From an uncultured Clostridia bacterium (lineage in GTDB: Bacteria; Bacillota; Clostridia; Christensenellales; UBA1242), in contig CALVNZ010000002.1 in assembly GCA_944350115.1 (NCBI GenBank), forward strand, positions 9,939 to 73,938: a DNA stretch of 64,000 nt, in the 5' to 3' direction. Made by a program: the position numbers and the translations under genes. The notes beneath the pieces were generated by a model. The model saw nothing but the letters and a program-made list of their open reading frames with translations. It made no database searches and was not told where the DNA came from. Positions within the stretch are counted from its first letter, which is position 1. Each line of letters starts with the position of its first letter. Of the stretch, positions 1 through 10,513 are shown piece after piece.

Positions 1-267
1 ATTTTAGAGCAAAATTATTCAAATTTTTGTGGAGAAATTGATATTATTGCTTTAATTAATGAGCGCGTTGTTTTTATTGAAGTTAAAAAAAGAGATGATT
101 TAAGATTTGGAAGACCTTGCGAAGCTGTGGATAAATTTAAACAACAAAAGATCAAAAAAACTGCCATGGTTTATTTAAAACAACACAAAAAATTGGATTG
201 TCAAATTAGATTTGATGTTGTTGAAATTTTTGGAGATGAAATTAATCATTTTATAAATGCCTTTTAA
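1..267 (+). CDS. YraN-family (UPF0102) endonuclease, 5' end cut by window edge
   Basis: Frame-1 ORF is open from base 1 to TAA at 265-267. The translation GEIDIIALINERVVFIEVKKRDD...RFDVVEIF fits the YraN/UPF0102 pattern. Confidence 0.7.
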   Translation: MLEQNYSNFCGEIDIIALINERVVFIEVKKRDDLRFGRPCEAVDKFKQQKIKKTAMVYLKQHKKLDCQIRFDVVEIFGDEINHFINAF

Positions 268-284
268 TTTGAAAGGCTTTTTTT
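259..284 (+). terminator. Rho-independent terminator after yraN-like gene
   Basis: Stem gcctttt (259-265) pairs with gaaaggc (271-277), followed by a T-run. Confidence 0.6.
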
Positions 285-349
285 AAAATCAACTATTGAC
301 ATTGTGATTGTTTTATGTTAAAATTTATTAGATTATACGGAGGATATGA

Positions 350-670
350 ATGGCTTATAAAGGCGGAATAAAGGTAAAATCTCGTCATCCAATTTTGAAA
401 GCAGTGATGATTACTGTTTTGTCTCTTGCAAGCGTTGCAATTGTGACCGTTGTTGTTTGGGTTTCGGCAACTTCGATTATTGGTCAAAAGAAAACCGATG
501 AAGTAAATTTGGGAATTCAAGATGGAACCAATGTTTCAGCGCCTGCTGATGATGAAGCCGAAAATCTTGAAAGTGAAAATGACAATAGCAGTGAAAGTGA
601 AGAAGACGATTTAGCAGACAACGATCCAAACAGAGAAGATGACATCCCAACACCAGGACTTGGAAGATAA
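350..670 (+). CDS. Hypothetical membrane-anchored protein with acidic C-terminal tail
   Basis: RBS ggagg lies upstream of the ATG. One N-terminal TM helix (ILKAVMITVLSLASVAIVTVVVWV) is followed by a D/E/S-rich tail. A TTGACA-17-TAAAAT promoter lies upstream and a hairpin terminator sits at 705-727. Confidence 0.55.
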   Translation: MAYKGGIKVKSRHPILKAVMITVLSLASVAIVTVVVWVSATSIIGQKKTDEVNLGIQDGTNVSAPADDEAENLESENDNSSESEEDDLADNDPNREDDIPTPGLGR

Positions 671-860
671 AAAGAAGCGACAAAATTTATATTGAAAAGT
701 TATAAGCACAAAATTTGTGCTTTTTTTATTATTTATTAAAAAAACACTTGATTAAAAAAATAATATGTGCTATTATATAAAACGACTTCGGGTGGTCCGC
801 TTTGGCTGATTGCTTTAAAAGAACACTTTGTCAAAAATCTGAAAAAAGGAGATAAGTCAA

Positions 861-1208
861 ATGGCAAACATCATCGACCAAATTGAAAAAGAAAACATGA
901 AAGAATCACTTCCTGAATTTGGCATTGGTGACACAGTCAAAGTTTCTGTTAGAATTAAAGAAGGCGATAAAGAAAGAATTCAGGCTTATGAAGGTGTCGT
1001 TATTGCAAGACGCAATGGTGGAATTAGAGAAACTTTTACTGTTAGAAAAATTTCAAACGGTGTGGGAGTTGAAAGAACATTTCCTCTTCATTCACCACTT
1101 GTTGCAAATGTTGAAGTGACAAGAAAAGGTAAGCCAAGAAGAGCAAAACTTTACTATGTTCGCGCTCTTACAGGGAAAGCCGCAAAAATTAAATCAGGTG
1201 AAAACTAA
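861..1208 (+). CDS. rplS: 50S ribosomal protein L19
   Basis: The translation ([32 protein letters not shown]...[20 protein letters not shown]) is a classic L19 sequence. RBS aaggag is present. Confidence 0.97.
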   Translation: MANIIDQIEKENMKESLPEFGIGDTVKVSVRIKEGDKERIQAYEGVVIARRNGGIRETFTVRKISNGVGVERTFPLHSPLVANVEVTRKGKPRRAKLYYVRALTGKAAKIKSGEN

Positions 1209-1214
1209 AAAACT

Positions 1215-1241
1215 CGTCGCAGTTGTTGCGACGTTTTTTTT
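1215..1241 (+). terminator. Rho-independent terminator after rplS
   Basis: Stem cgtcgca pairs with tgcgacg, with a 5-nt loop and a T8 run. Confidence 0.75.
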
Positions 1242-1314
1242 GTTTACATACATGAATTTTTGTTTGGACAAAATGAAACGTTTTGTTATACTGAAAAATG
1301 TTTAAGGAGAAAAA

Positions 1315-2859
1315 ATGCTTTCAAAAGTTCACAGCTTCGGTCTTTTTGGCATTGAGGGGTTTGTGGTAGAAGTTGAAGTTGACATTGTCAACGGATTGCC
1401 ACATTTTGAGATTGTAGGACTTGCTGACACAGCAATCAAAGAAGCAAAAGAGAGAGTCAAAGCAGCAATTCGAAATTCTGGTTTTGAGTATCCTATAAAA
1501 AAAATAACTGTTAATTTAGCACCAGCAGATGTTAAAAAAGAAGGCCCAATTTATGACCTAGCAATTGCGTTGGGAATTATGACCGCAGACAGTCACAGTG
1601 AAATTAAGGGCTTGTCATCACAAGCGCTTCATGATTTTGTCATTGTTGGAGAGCTTTCTTTAAATGGAGAAGTAAAGCCAATTAAAGGTTTGCTTCCAAT
1701 TTTGATTTCCGCTCAAAAAATGGGTTTTAATAAATTTATTATTCCTTATGCAAATTCAAAAGAAGCAAGTTTCATTTCAAATGTGACTTGCTTTCCGGTT
1801 CAATCTTTGGAAGAAGCTGTTTTGTTTGTTAGCGGGCAAAAAAATATTGCTCCAGTGACAGTTCAAGAGTTTGTTAGTGATGATAAACAAAATAAACACA
1901 TTTTAGATTTTAAGTATGTAAAAGGTCAACAAAGAGCAAAAAGAGCACTTGAAATAGCCGCTGCCGGTGGCCACAATGTTTTAATGATCGGCCCACCTGG
2001 GAGTGGGAAAAGCATGCTTGCCAAATGCTTTCCGTCTATTTTGCCAGACATGACTTTTGAAGAAGCTCTTGAAGTTACAAAAATTCATTCGATTGCTGGG
2101 GAACTTGATTTTAAAAAGGGAATTGTTGCTTCAAGACCATTTCGTTCTCCTCATCATTCCGCTTCAACTGTCAGCATGACAGGTGGGGGAAGTCAAGCCA
2201 AGCCTGGTGAAATTTCACTGGCACACAATGGTGTTTTGTATTTGGACGAGATGCCAGAATATCAGCGTTCGTGTTTGGAGATGTTAAGACAACCTTTGGA
2301 AGATGGCGTTATAACTGTTGCAAGAAGTGCTTTGACTGTGACATATCCAGCAAATTTTACTCTTATTGCCAGCATGAATCCTTGCCCTTGTGGTAATTAT
2401 GGTGCAAAAGACAGAGAGTGCAAATGCTCGCCAGCTCAAATACATAAATATTTAGCAAAAATTTCTGGACCTATTCTTGACAGAATTGATTTGCATGTTG
2501 AAGTTGACAATGTAAGTTTTGATGATTTAAGGAGTTCATCAGAAGAGGAATCTTCTTCCACTATTAAAGCACGAGTTGACAAAGCAAGAAAAGTTCAGCT
2601 TGAAAGATTTAAAAACGAAAAGAATTTTTCAAATGCAAAGATGAGCGTGCCTGCAACTAAAAAATATTGTGTGCTTTCAAAAGAATGTGAGGACCTTTTG
2701 AAAACTGCTTTCACAAGTTTAAAACTTTCAGCAAGAGCACATGATAGAATTTTGAAAGTTGCACGAACAATTGCTGATTTAGATGGGCAAGAAAACATTT
2801 TGCCAGAGCATATTGCAGAAGCGATTGCTTATAGATCGTTGGATCGAAAATATATTTAA
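1315..2859 (+). CDS. comM: YifB/ComM-family Mg-chelatase-like AAA+ ATPase
   Basis: N-terminal Lon-like domain, Walker A GPPGSGKS, LDE Walker B (VLYLDEMPE), and a C-terminal ChlI/MCM-like region. It sits directly upstream of dprA. Confidence 0.92.
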   Translation: MLSKVHSFGLFGIEGFVVEVEVDIVNGLPHFEIVGLADTAIKEAKERVKAAIRNSGFEYPIKKITVNLAPADVKKEGPIYDLAIALGIMTADSHSEIKGLSSQALHDFVIVGELSLNGEVKPIKGLLPILISAQKMGFNKFIIPYANSKEASFISNVTCFPVQSLEEAVLFVSGQKNIAPVTVQEFVSDDKQNKHILDFKYVKGQQRAKRALEIAAAGGHNVLMIGPPGSGKSMLAKCFPSILPDMTFEEALEVTKIHSIAGELDFKKGIVASRPFRSPHHSASTVSMTGGGSQAKPGEISLAHNGVLYLDEMPEYQRSCLEMLRQPLEDGVITVARSALTVTYPANFTLIASMNPCPCGNYGAKDRECKCSPAQIHKYLAKISGPILDRIDLHVEVDNVSFDDLRSSSEEESSSTIKARVDKARKVQLERFKNEKNFSNAKMSVPATKKYCVLSKECEDLLKTAFTSLKLSARAHDRILKVARTIADLDGQENILPEHIAEAIAYRSLDRKYI

Positions 2860-2871
2860 AGTAAGGTGATT

Positions 2872-3933
2872 ATGCAAAAATCTGATTTTTTAAAATTTTT
2901 GTCCGGTTTTGAGCTTTCTTTTGCAAAAATTTCTAAAATTATTGAAGAAATGCAAGGAGATTTTTCCTTTGAAAAATTTATTGCTTCAGATAAAATTGAA
3001 AACATTTTAGGTGAAGATTTTGGGAAAATTGCAAAAAAGGCAAACTACGAATATTTAAAAAAATATTTAGACAAGCTTGAAAGTTTAGAAATTAAAATTT
3101 TAACTCGGGAAGATGATGACTTCCCAGAAAAGCTTTTGAGAATTGATGACCCACCATTTTACTTATTTTATAAAGGTGATTTAAGTTTGTTGAAAGAAAA
3201 GTGTGTCGCAATAGTTGGCACAAGATCGCCAAGTGGTTATGGCATCACTATCACAGAAATGTTTGCTAAAGAAATCGCAAGCGCAGGAGGGGTGATTGTC
3301 AGTGGGCTTGCTTATGGTGTTGACAGCATTGCTCATAGAAAAGCACTTGAACAGCAAGGCAAAACCATTGCTGTTTTGGCAAGTGGTTTTAACAACATTT
3401 ATCCTCAACAACATGTTTCGTTATTCAATGAAATTGCAAAAAAAGGATTGGTTCTTACTGAACATCGGCCAGATATTAAGTCTGCCAAATACCTTTTTCC
3501 ACAGCGAAACAGGATTGTGGCAGGACTTAGCGATGCGCTGTTGATAACGGAGGCGGGCGCTCGCAGTGGAACCAGCATTACAAAAGATTTTGCTCTTGAC
3601 TACGGCGTTCCTATTTATGTTGTGCCAGGGAACATAACTTCACCAAAGAGTGACGGAACAAATTTGCTTATTTCAACTATGCAGGGCATTTGCACGCTGG
3701 AACCTAAAAGCATTATTGAAGATTTGGGCTTGCATGTGAAAAAACGAGTTTTAATGCAACTCAATTTAGATGAAAATGAGATTGTCAAAATTTTGCAAAC
3801 TGGTGAAAAAGACATTGATGCTATTTTAGAAAAAGTTAAAATAAATATAAATAAACTCAACAGTCTTTTGACAACACTTGAAATAAAAGGTATAATTAAA
3901 CGATTGCCCGGTGGAATATATTCGCTGAGTTAG
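2872..3933 (+). CDS. dprA: DNA-processing protein DprA (Smf)
   Basis: Shows the Rossmann-like DprA core (VAIVGTRSPSGYG...VSGLAYGVDSIAH...QRNRIVAGLS) and a C-terminal winged-helix tail. The ATG at 2872 follows RBS taagg; a GTG at 2866 is an alternative start. Confidence 0.9.
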   Translation: MQKSDFLKFLSGFELSFAKISKIIEEMQGDFSFEKFIASDKIENILGEDFGKIAKKANYEYLKKYLDKLESLEIKILTREDDDFPEKLLRIDDPPFYLFYKGDLSLLKEKCVAIVGTRSPSGYGITITEMFAKEIASAGGVIVSGLAYGVDSIAHRKALEQQGKTIAVLASGFNNIYPQQHVSLFNEIAKKGLVLTEHRPDIKSAKYLFPQRNRIVAGLSDALLITEAGARSGTSITKDFALDYGVPIYVVPGNITSPKSDGTNLLISTMQGICTLEPKSIIEDLGLHVKKRVLMQLNLDENEIVKILQTGEKDIDAILEKVKININKLNSLLTTLEIKGIIKRLPGGIYSLS

Positions 3934-3943
3934 GAGGAAATCA

Positions 3944-5992
3944 TTGAATTTAGTCATTATAGAAGCGCCTGCAAAGCGTGAGACTCTAAAAAAATATTTA
4001 GGAACAGGATATGATGTGTTTGCAACCAAGGGGCACATTAGAGATTTGCCTGAAAAAAGTTATGGGCTTGATGCAAGAAACCATTTTGAACCTATTTATC
4101 AAATCATGCCAGACAAAAAAGAGTTAATCAACGATTTAAAAAAGAAAGCTGAAAAAGCTGACAAAGTTTTGATCGCGACTGACCCGGATAGAGAAGGGGA
4201 AGCTATTTCATGGCATATTGCAAATGTTTTGGGACTAGCACCAACAGACAAATGCAGAATTGAATTTAACGAAATTTCACAAAAAGCAGTTCAAAACGCA
4301 CTTACAAAACCACGTGCGATTGATTTAAAACTTGTCAATGCCCAGCAAGCCAGAAGAGTTTTGGATAGAATCGTGGGATATAAACTCTCTCCAATCCTTT
4401 GCAAAAAAATTAAACCGCGTTTGAGTGCGGGAAGAGTTCAATCTGTTGCACTTAAACTTGTTGTTGACAGAGAAAGAGAGATTGAAGCGTTTGTTCCAGA
4501 AGAATACTGGAATGTTTTTGCTATGCTAATTAAAGGCAAAGACACTTTTAAAGCATCACTTGAAAAAAAATCTGGTAAAAAATTTGTGCCTAAAAACAAA
4601 GATGAAGCCGATGAAGTGTTAAAAGCGATCAATGGGAAATTGTTTGATGTGGCAAAACTAAAAAAGAGCATGACAAAGTCGCATGCGCCAGCTCCTTTTA
4701 CAACTTCAACTATGCAACAAGATGCATTAAACAAAGCTGGTCTCAGCATTAAGAGAACGACGCAAGCAGCTCAACAACTTTATGAAGGCGTTGAAATAGC
4801 GGATGAAGGGAAAATAGCACTTATCACTTACATCAGAACTGACTCCACCCGTGTTTCTGAAGATGCGCAAAATGCTTGCAGAGAATATGCTAGAAAGATG
4901 TATGGCGAAAAATTTGTGCCAGAAAAACCAAACATTTACGTTGCCAAACAAAATGCACAAGATGCCCATGAAGCGATCAGGCCTATCAACATGAATATGA
5001 CACCAGAAAAAGTTAAGGCATCACTGTCACCAGACAACTATAAACTTTACAAACTCATCTATGAAAGATTTTTAGCAAGCCAGATGAGTGAAGCAATTTA
5101 TTCCAATGTTGTGGCAAACATCAATTGCGAAAATTATGAATTTAAAGCAGTTGGAAAGACGCAAGAATTTGCCGGTTATACTGCTGCATATAGAGAATAT
5201 GAAGGCGATGAAAAGCAAGAAATTTCCAAGCTTCCACCACTTGAAGAAGGCGAACAACTTTCAGTAAAAGAAGTGAAAGCAGAACAAAAATTTACAAAAC
5301 CACCTGCTCGTTACACCGAAGCAAGCCTTGTCAAAGCCATGGAAGAAAAGGGGATTGGAAGACCTGCAACTTACGCGGCAACAATCATGGTTTTGCTTTC
5401 AAGAGAATATGTAGGCAAAGACGGGAAACAACTCATTCCAACTGAGCTTGGAAGAAAAGTTACTGAATATCTAGAAAAGTTTTTTAGTTCTGTTATTAAT
5501 GTTAAATTTACTGCACACATGGAACAAAGACTTGATGACATCGCGACAGAAGGAGAAGATTGGCACGAAGTTGTTGAAAGCTTTTGGAATGGTTTTTCAA
5601 AACTTCTTTCCGCATCAGATTCTTCCGATTATTCTTTAAAAGCAGAGCCGATTGAAACTGACATAATTTGTGAAAAGTGCGGGCATAAAATGCTTCTTCG
5701 AGAAGGAAAATTTGGCAAGTTTTTGGGTTGTTCCAATTTTCCAAAATGCAAAAATATCAAACCTTTTCAAGAAGAGAAAAAGGTTGTGGGCAAATGCCCA
5801 GAATGTGGGAAAAATATGATTGCTAGAAAAAGCAAAAAAGGAAAAACTTTTTTCTCTTGTGAAGGATATCCTGAATGTAAATTTATGAGTTGGTATCCTA
5901 CAACTGGCGAAAAATGTCCAGAGTGTGGGAACGCAATTATTATAAAAAATAAACAAAAAGTTTGTTCAAATTGTAAGTATAAGGAAGTGTGA
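3944..5992 (+). CDS. topA: DNA topoisomerase I
   Basis: Toprim start (VIIEAPAKRETLKKYLG), DPDREGE motif, and an active-site region (ITYIRTDS). C-terminal CxxC...CxxC zinc ribbons are present. TTG start lies 6 nt after AGGAGG. Confidence 0.95.
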   Translation: MNLVIIEAPAKRETLKKYLGTGYDVFATKGHIRDLPEKSYGLDARNHFEPIYQIMPDKKELINDLKKKAEKADKVLIATDPDREGEAISWHIANVLGLAPTDKCRIEFNEISQKAVQNALTKPRAIDLKLVNAQQARRVLDRIVGYKLSPILCKKIKPRLSAGRVQSVALKLVVDREREIEAFVPEEYWNVFAMLIKGKDTFKASLEKKSGKKFVPKNKDEADEVLKAINGKLFDVAKLKKSMTKSHAPAPFTTSTMQQDALNKAGLSIKRTTQAAQQLYEGVEIADEGKIALITYIRTDSTRVSEDAQNACREYARKMYGEKFVPEKPNIYVAKQNAQDAHEAIRPINMNMTPEKVKASLSPDNYKLYKLIYERFLASQMSEAIYSNVVANINCENYEFKAVGKTQEFAGYTAAYREYEGDEKQEISKLPPLEEGEQLSVKEVKAEQKFTKPPARYTEASLVKAMEEKGIGRPATYAATIMVLLSREYVGKDGKQLIPTELGRKVTEYLEKFFSSVINVKFTAHMEQRLDDIATEGEDWHEVVESFWNGFSKLLSASDSSDYSLKAEPIETDIICEKCGHKMLLREGKFGKFLGCSNFPKCKNIKPFQEEKKVVGKCPECGKNMIARKSKKGKTFFSCEGYPECKFMSWYPTTGEKCPECGNAIIIKNKQKVCSNCKYKEV

Positions 5993-7122
5993 TGGAAAAG
6001 GTTGTCAACATAATTGGCGGAGGATATGCAGGCTGTGAGGCAGCACTTACTTTGGCGAAATATGGCGTCCAAGTGCATTTGTTTGACGTGCCAAATGATG
6101 AACAACCTTTGGTTTTTAGTGAAAAAGATAAGCTTTTAAAAGAAGAACTTTTTGCTTTGAAGGTAGAGACAGCTGAGTTTTTGCAAGAAGGTGAAAAAAT
6201 AAAAGAAAAACTCATGCAAAAAGTAAAATTAAGTGAAAATATTAGGCTTTTTGAAGGCATTGTTGGCGAAATGTCTTTGATTGAGCCAACTATAATTGCA
6301 ACAGGTGGAAGCACCAAAGAACCTTTGTTTTCTCAATTTGAAAAAATTTTTGGGGTGGTGAGATGTCATCGTGACCTACCTGTTTTTCCTGTGGTAACGG
6401 GAATTGATGATAAAATTAAAAACCAAAATGGAGTTTTTTATTTGTCTCTTTCAAAAGAAAAAGTTGATGAGTTTTGCAAAGCAATCAATTATTTCAGGGC
6501 AGAGGCGAAAAATGAAAGTTTAGAAAAATGGGCGCAAGCAGGAAGAGAAATGCTCCGCGCAAAAGCATTAAGACCTATTGTTTCAGACAAGGTCGAATAT
6601 GCTTGCTTAAAATTTATTAAAACCGAAAAAGGTTTTTTAATTCAAAACTTTCGAACAGCTTTGCCTGACAATGCCCAACTTTCGCTTTTTAAATTTTTGC
6701 TTGGTGAAAATGTTGAAGTCGTGCAGTTTGCAAGTTTTGTTGCTTGCACTTACATTAATCCGCAACTGACTTTAAATGAATTTTTACAAGCAAAAGCAAA
6801 CCCTAATTTGTTTTTTGCTGGCAGAGTTGTCATGACCAATGGCGTTTTGCAGGCCATTGGAACGGGGCATTATGTTGCACTGAATATGTTGAATTTTATT
6901 CATAAGCGAAAATATGTCAAATTTCCAGAAAAAAGTTTGCTTGCTCAATCAATCGACAAATTATTTTTGCAAGGATCATTTAATTGCGATGAAAGTTGTG
7001 AAAAATGTGATATAATTAAATCACAAAGTAAAATTGTTTTAGATCAGTTAAAAAAGTTTAAGGAGGACTACAATGCAAGAAATGCGTGGCACAACGATTT
7101 GTGCGGTAAAAAGAGATGGTAA
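5992..7122 (+). CDS. TrmFO/Gid-like FAD-binding protein, divergent (catalytic motifs not recognisable)
   Basis: N-terminal dinucleotide-binding motif ([15 protein letters not shown]), PTIIATGG and LFFAGR motifs, and the Bacillus-like position between topA and hslV. It is shorter than typical TrmFO and lacks the CSNSL and EGC contexts. Confidence 0.6.
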   Translation: MEKVVNIIGGGYAGCEAALTLAKYGVQVHLFDVPNDEQPLVFSEKDKLLKEELFALKVETAEFLQEGEKIKEKLMQKVKLSENIRLFEGIVGEMSLIEPTIIATGGSTKEPLFSQFEKIFGVVRCHRDLPVFPVVTGIDDKIKNQNGVFYLSLSKEKVDEFCKAINYFRAEAKNESLEKWAQAGREMLRAKALRPIVSDKVEYACLKFIKTEKGFLIQNFRTALPDNAQLSLFKFLLGENVEVVQFASFVACTYINPQLTLNEFLQAKANPNLFFAGRVVMTNGVLQAIGTGHYVALNMLNFIHKRKYVKFPEKSLLAQSIDKLFLQGSFNCDESCEKCDIIKSQSKIVLDQLKKFKEDYNARNAWHNDLCGKKRW

Positions 7123-7612
7123 AATTGCTATTGCGGGAGATGGACAAGTTACAATTTCAAATTCAGTGATTTTTAAAAACAACGCTAGAAAAGTTCGAAG
7201 AATTTACAATGATAAAGTTGTCGTTGGATTTGCTGGAAGCGTTGCTGATGCTTTTTCGCTTTCTGAAAGATTTGAAGAAATGCTCAACAAGTATTCTGGA
7301 AATCTTATGAGAAGTTCTGTTGCTCTTGCTCAACTTTGGAGAGAAGACAAGATTATGCACAAGCTTGATGCAATGATGATTGTCGCTGACAAAGACACGC
7401 TTTTGATTTTGTCAGGAAGCGGAGATGTTATTGAACCGCAAGATGATGTTTGCGCTATTGGATCGGGCGGAAATTATGCTCTTGCAGCAGCAAAAGCACT
7501 AAAACAAAACACAAACCTTTCTGCAAAAGAAATCGCTTTTAAAGCACTTAAAATTGCAAGTGAGATTTGTGTGTTTACAAACGACAACATTATCGTCGAA
7601 GAGATGAACTAG
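7073..7612 (+). CDS. hslV: ATP-dependent protease subunit HslV (ClpQ)
   Basis: [22 protein letters not shown]...KVRR matches the HslV N-terminal nucleophile hydrolase signature. AAGGAGG RBS lies 6 nt upstream. The gene overlaps the 3' end of the trmFO-like ORF by 50 nt. Confidence 0.93.
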   Translation: MQEMRGTTICAVKRDGKIAIAGDGQVTISNSVIFKNNARKVRRIYNDKVVVGFAGSVADAFSLSERFEEMLNKYSGNLMRSSVALAQLWREDKIMHKLDAMMIVADKDTLLILSGSGDVIEPQDDVCAIGSGGNYALAAAKALKQNTNLSAKEIAFKALKIASEICVFTNDNIIVEEMN

Positions 7613-7621
7613 GAGGCTGAA

Positions 7622-8914
7622 ATGGAGTTTACACCAAAACAAATCGTGAATGAGCTTGATAAATATATTATTGGACAAGCAAAAGCTAAACGCGCAGTTG
7701 CAATCGCTTTGAGAAATAGATATAGAAGAAGCAGATTGAAAAAAGAACTTCGCGAAGAAATCACGCCTAAAAATATCATTATGCGCGGGCCAACGGGTGT
7801 CGGCAAAACTGAAATTGCAAGGCGACTTGCAAAACTTGTCAAAGCACCTTTTATTAAGGTTGAAGCAACAAAATACACAGAAGTTGGTTATGTTGGCCGT
7901 GACGTTGAAAGCATGGTGCGAGATCTTGTTGAGATGTCTGTTCGAATGGTTAAAGATGAAAAACAACATGAAGTTGAATCAAAAGTTGCGCCTATTGTGA
8001 CTTCAAGACTCATCGATGCAATATATGAAACTCGAAAAGCAGAAAACATTGTTTGCGAAAAAGAGCAAATTAAAGATGAACTTTTGAACGGGAAGCTTGA
8101 AAATGAAATAATCAACATCGCTGTTGTTGAGCAAGCAAAACCTATCATGGCAATTGGTGGACCTGAAATAAATTTAGGATCAATGTTTGATGGACTTCTT
8201 CCTCAAAGAAAGAAACATAAGAGAATGCCGGTTGAAAGGGCAAGAGAAATTTTGATGAGTGAAGAAAGCGAAAAACTTATTGACCTTGACAATGTCAACA
8301 CAGAAGCCATTCGTCGTGCCGAAGAAGAAGGAATCATATTTATTGATGAAATAGACAAAATAATTGGTGTGACAAACAACAACTCGCAAGATGTTTCAAG
8401 GGAAGGTGTGCAAAGAGATATTTTGCCAATCGTTGAAGGTTGCACTGTTGCAACAAAATATGGAAACATCAAAACCGATTTTATTCTTTTCATCGCATCA
8501 GGAGCTTTTCATGTTTCAAAAATTGAAGACATGATTCCAGAACTTCAAGGGCGTTTCCCAATTCGTGTTGATTTGGATAGTTTGACTGAAAAAGATTTTA
8601 AACGAATTTTGACTCAACCTAAAAATGCAGTCACATTGCAATACGCTTCACTTCTTGAAGTTGACAACATAAAGTTAAAGTTCACAGATGATGCACTTGA
8701 TGAAATAGCGGCACTCGCTTTTGAAGAGAATGAAACAAGTGAAAACATTGGCGCTAGAAGATTGCACACTGTCATGGAACTCTTGCTTGAAGACATTTCC
8801 TTTAATGCGAGCGGTGATCACCCGGTTTTAGAAGTTGTGGTTGACAAAGCTTATGTTCAAAATGCCTTTAAAGAATCCAAAAGAAAATTTGATTTGAAAA
8901 AATATGTTCTATAA
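7622..8914 (+). CDS. hslU: ATP-dependent protease ATPase subunit HslU (ClpY)
   Basis: TPKQIVNELDKYIIGQ..AKRAVAIALRNR, Walker A GPTGVGKT, and IIFIDEIDKI Walker B. Confidence 0.96.
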   Translation: MEFTPKQIVNELDKYIIGQAKAKRAVAIALRNRYRRSRLKKELREEITPKNIIMRGPTGVGKTEIARRLAKLVKAPFIKVEATKYTEVGYVGRDVESMVRDLVEMSVRMVKDEKQHEVESKVAPIVTSRLIDAIYETRKAENIVCEKEQIKDELLNGKLENEIINIAVVEQAKPIMAIGGPEINLGSMFDGLLPQRKKHKRMPVERAREILMSEESEKLIDLDNVNTEAIRRAEEEGIIFIDEIDKIIGVTNNNSQDVSREGVQRDILPIVEGCTVATKYGNIKTDFILFIASGAFHVSKIEDMIPELQGRFPIRVDLDSLTEKDFKRILTQPKNAVTLQYASLLEVDNIKLKFTDDALDEIAALAFEENETSENIGARRLHTVMELLLEDISFNASGDHPVLEVVVDKAYVQNAFKESKRKFDLKKYVL

Positions 8915-8929
8915 TGGGGGAGGTGAAAT

Positions 8930-9235
8930 ATGGAAAAAATAAACGAGAAAAATTTTAAAGAAAAAACAGAAAAAGGACTCGTGCTGGTGGATTTTTTTGC
9001 AACTTGGTGTGGACCATGCAGAATGCAATCAACCGTGATTGAAGAAGTTTTAGAAACTAATCCAGAAATAAATGTTCTTAAAATCGATGTTGACGAAAGC
9101 CCAAATGTTGCTAGACAATTTGGAATTATGTCTATTCCAACATTAATTTTGATGAAAGATGGACAAGTTTTGAAAAAACACGTTGGACTTCTTCAAAATG
9201 ATGATTTGATTGATTTTTATAAAAATATTGATTAA
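8930..9235 (+). CDS. trxA: Thioredoxin
   Basis: WCGPC active site, about 100 aa, with a thioredoxin-fold pattern (PTLILMKDG). Confidence 0.92.
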   Translation: MEKINEKNFKEKTEKGLVLVDFFATWCGPCRMQSTVIEEVLETNPEINVLKIDVDESPNVARQFGIMSIPTLILMKDGQVLKKHVGLLQNDDLIDFYKNID

Positions 9236-9260
9236 AAGCGAACTTTTGTTTGCTTTTTTT
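9236..9260 (+). terminator. Rho-independent terminator after trx
   Basis: Imperfect 8-bp stem aagcgaac/gtttgctt with a tttt loop, followed by a T-run. Confidence 0.55.
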
Positions 9261-9335
9261 CTTTATTATTTTATTTTTGGTATTGACTTATAAAGGGTTT
9301 AGTGATAAAATTAGTTTGTAAAAGGAGATTTTTCC

Positions 9336-10511
9336 ATGGTTAAAAAAGTTTATCTTGATTATGCTGCAACCACATTTGTGTCAAACGAAGTTTTAAACGA
9401 AATGATGCCTTGTTTTAACACTTTGTATGGAAATGCAAGTTCAATACATAGTTTTGGTCGTGATGCCGCTGCTATTATTGATCGTGCACGCGATAGAGTT
9501 GCCGCAGCTATAAATGCAAAAAATTCAAATGAAATTTATTTTACATCAAGTGGTTCAGAAGCAAATAATATGGCAATCAAAGGGATTGCTCATGCTTATG
9601 CAAACAAAGGCAAGCACATTATTACTTCAAAAATCGAACATCAATCTGTTTTGGAAGCTTGCGAGAGTTTGAAAGCAGAAGGTTTTGAAATCACATATTT
9701 GCCAGTTGACAAGAATGGACTTGTAAGCATCGCAGAACTTTTGCATGCGGTAAGAAAAGACACAATTCTTATTTCTGTTATGGCTGTTAACAACGAAGTT
9801 GGGACAATACAAAATGTTAAGACAATTGCAAAAATTGCTCATGAAAACGGAATTTTCTTCCACACTGACGCAGTTCAAGCATTGGGAGCAATAAGGCTTG
9901 ATGTTCAAGACATGGAGATTGACGCTTTAAGCATTTCAGCACACAAAATTTATGGGCCAAAAGGTTGCGGAGCTTTATATCTTAAAAATGGCATAAAAAT
10001 TGAACCACTTATTTCTGGTGGAAACCAAGAAAGAGGAAAACGTGGCGGGACGCAAGACACAGCTTCAATCGCTGGGTTTGGAAAAGCTTGTGAAATTGCA
10101 ATTAGAGACATGATTCCAAACCAACAAAAACTTCGTGTGATTAGACACTATTTCTTGGATAAAGTGCAAGAAAACATTGAATACATTCACATCAACGGCG
10201 ATCCACATCAAAAAATTAATGGCACAGTAAGCATTTCTTTTGAAATGGTTGAAGGGGAGTCACTTCTTATGCTTTTAGATCTTGATGGCGTTGCAGTTTC
10301 AACTTCATCCGCTTGCACATCAAATGCACTTCAACCTTCACATGTTTTGAAAGCTATGGGAATTGAAGATGAACTTGCTCAAAGCACTGTTCGTTTCTCA
10401 TTTGGGAAAAACACTTCAAAAGCAGACATCGATTATGCTGTTGAAAGATTGGTTGTGGCTGTAAAAAAACTTAGATCTATTTCACCTATAACAAAAGCAG
10501 GGAGGAGATAA
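9336..10511 (+). CDS. nifS: Cysteine desulfurase (NifS/IscS type, class V aminotransferase)
   Basis: PLP-lysine context SAHKIYGPKG, active-site Cys loop SSACTS, and N-terminal YLDYAATT. Confidence 0.93.
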   Translation: MVKKVYLDYAATTFVSNEVLNEMMPCFNTLYGNASSIHSFGRDAAAIIDRARDRVAAAINAKNSNEIYFTSSGSEANNMAIKGIAHAYANKGKHIITSKIEHQSVLEACESLKAEGFEITYLPVDKNGLVSIAELLHAVRKDTILISVMAVNNEVGTIQNVKTIAKIAHENGIFFHTDAVQALGAIRLDVQDMEIDALSISAHKIYGPKGCGALYLKNGIKIEPLISGGNQERGKRGGTQDTASIAGFGKACEIAIRDMIPNQQKLRVIRHYFLDKVQENIEYIHINGDPHQKINGTVSISFEMVEGESLLMLLDLDGVAVSTSSACTSNALQPSHVLKAMGIEDELAQSTVRFSFGKNTSKADIDYAVERLVVAVKKLRSISPITKAGRR

Positions 10512-10513
10512 TC

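Noticed and set aside
5636-6317. Several 100-125-aa minus-strand ORFs at the topA/trmFO-like junction
   Set aside because: They are antisense to confidently called genes and are low-complexity Phe/Ser-rich translations.
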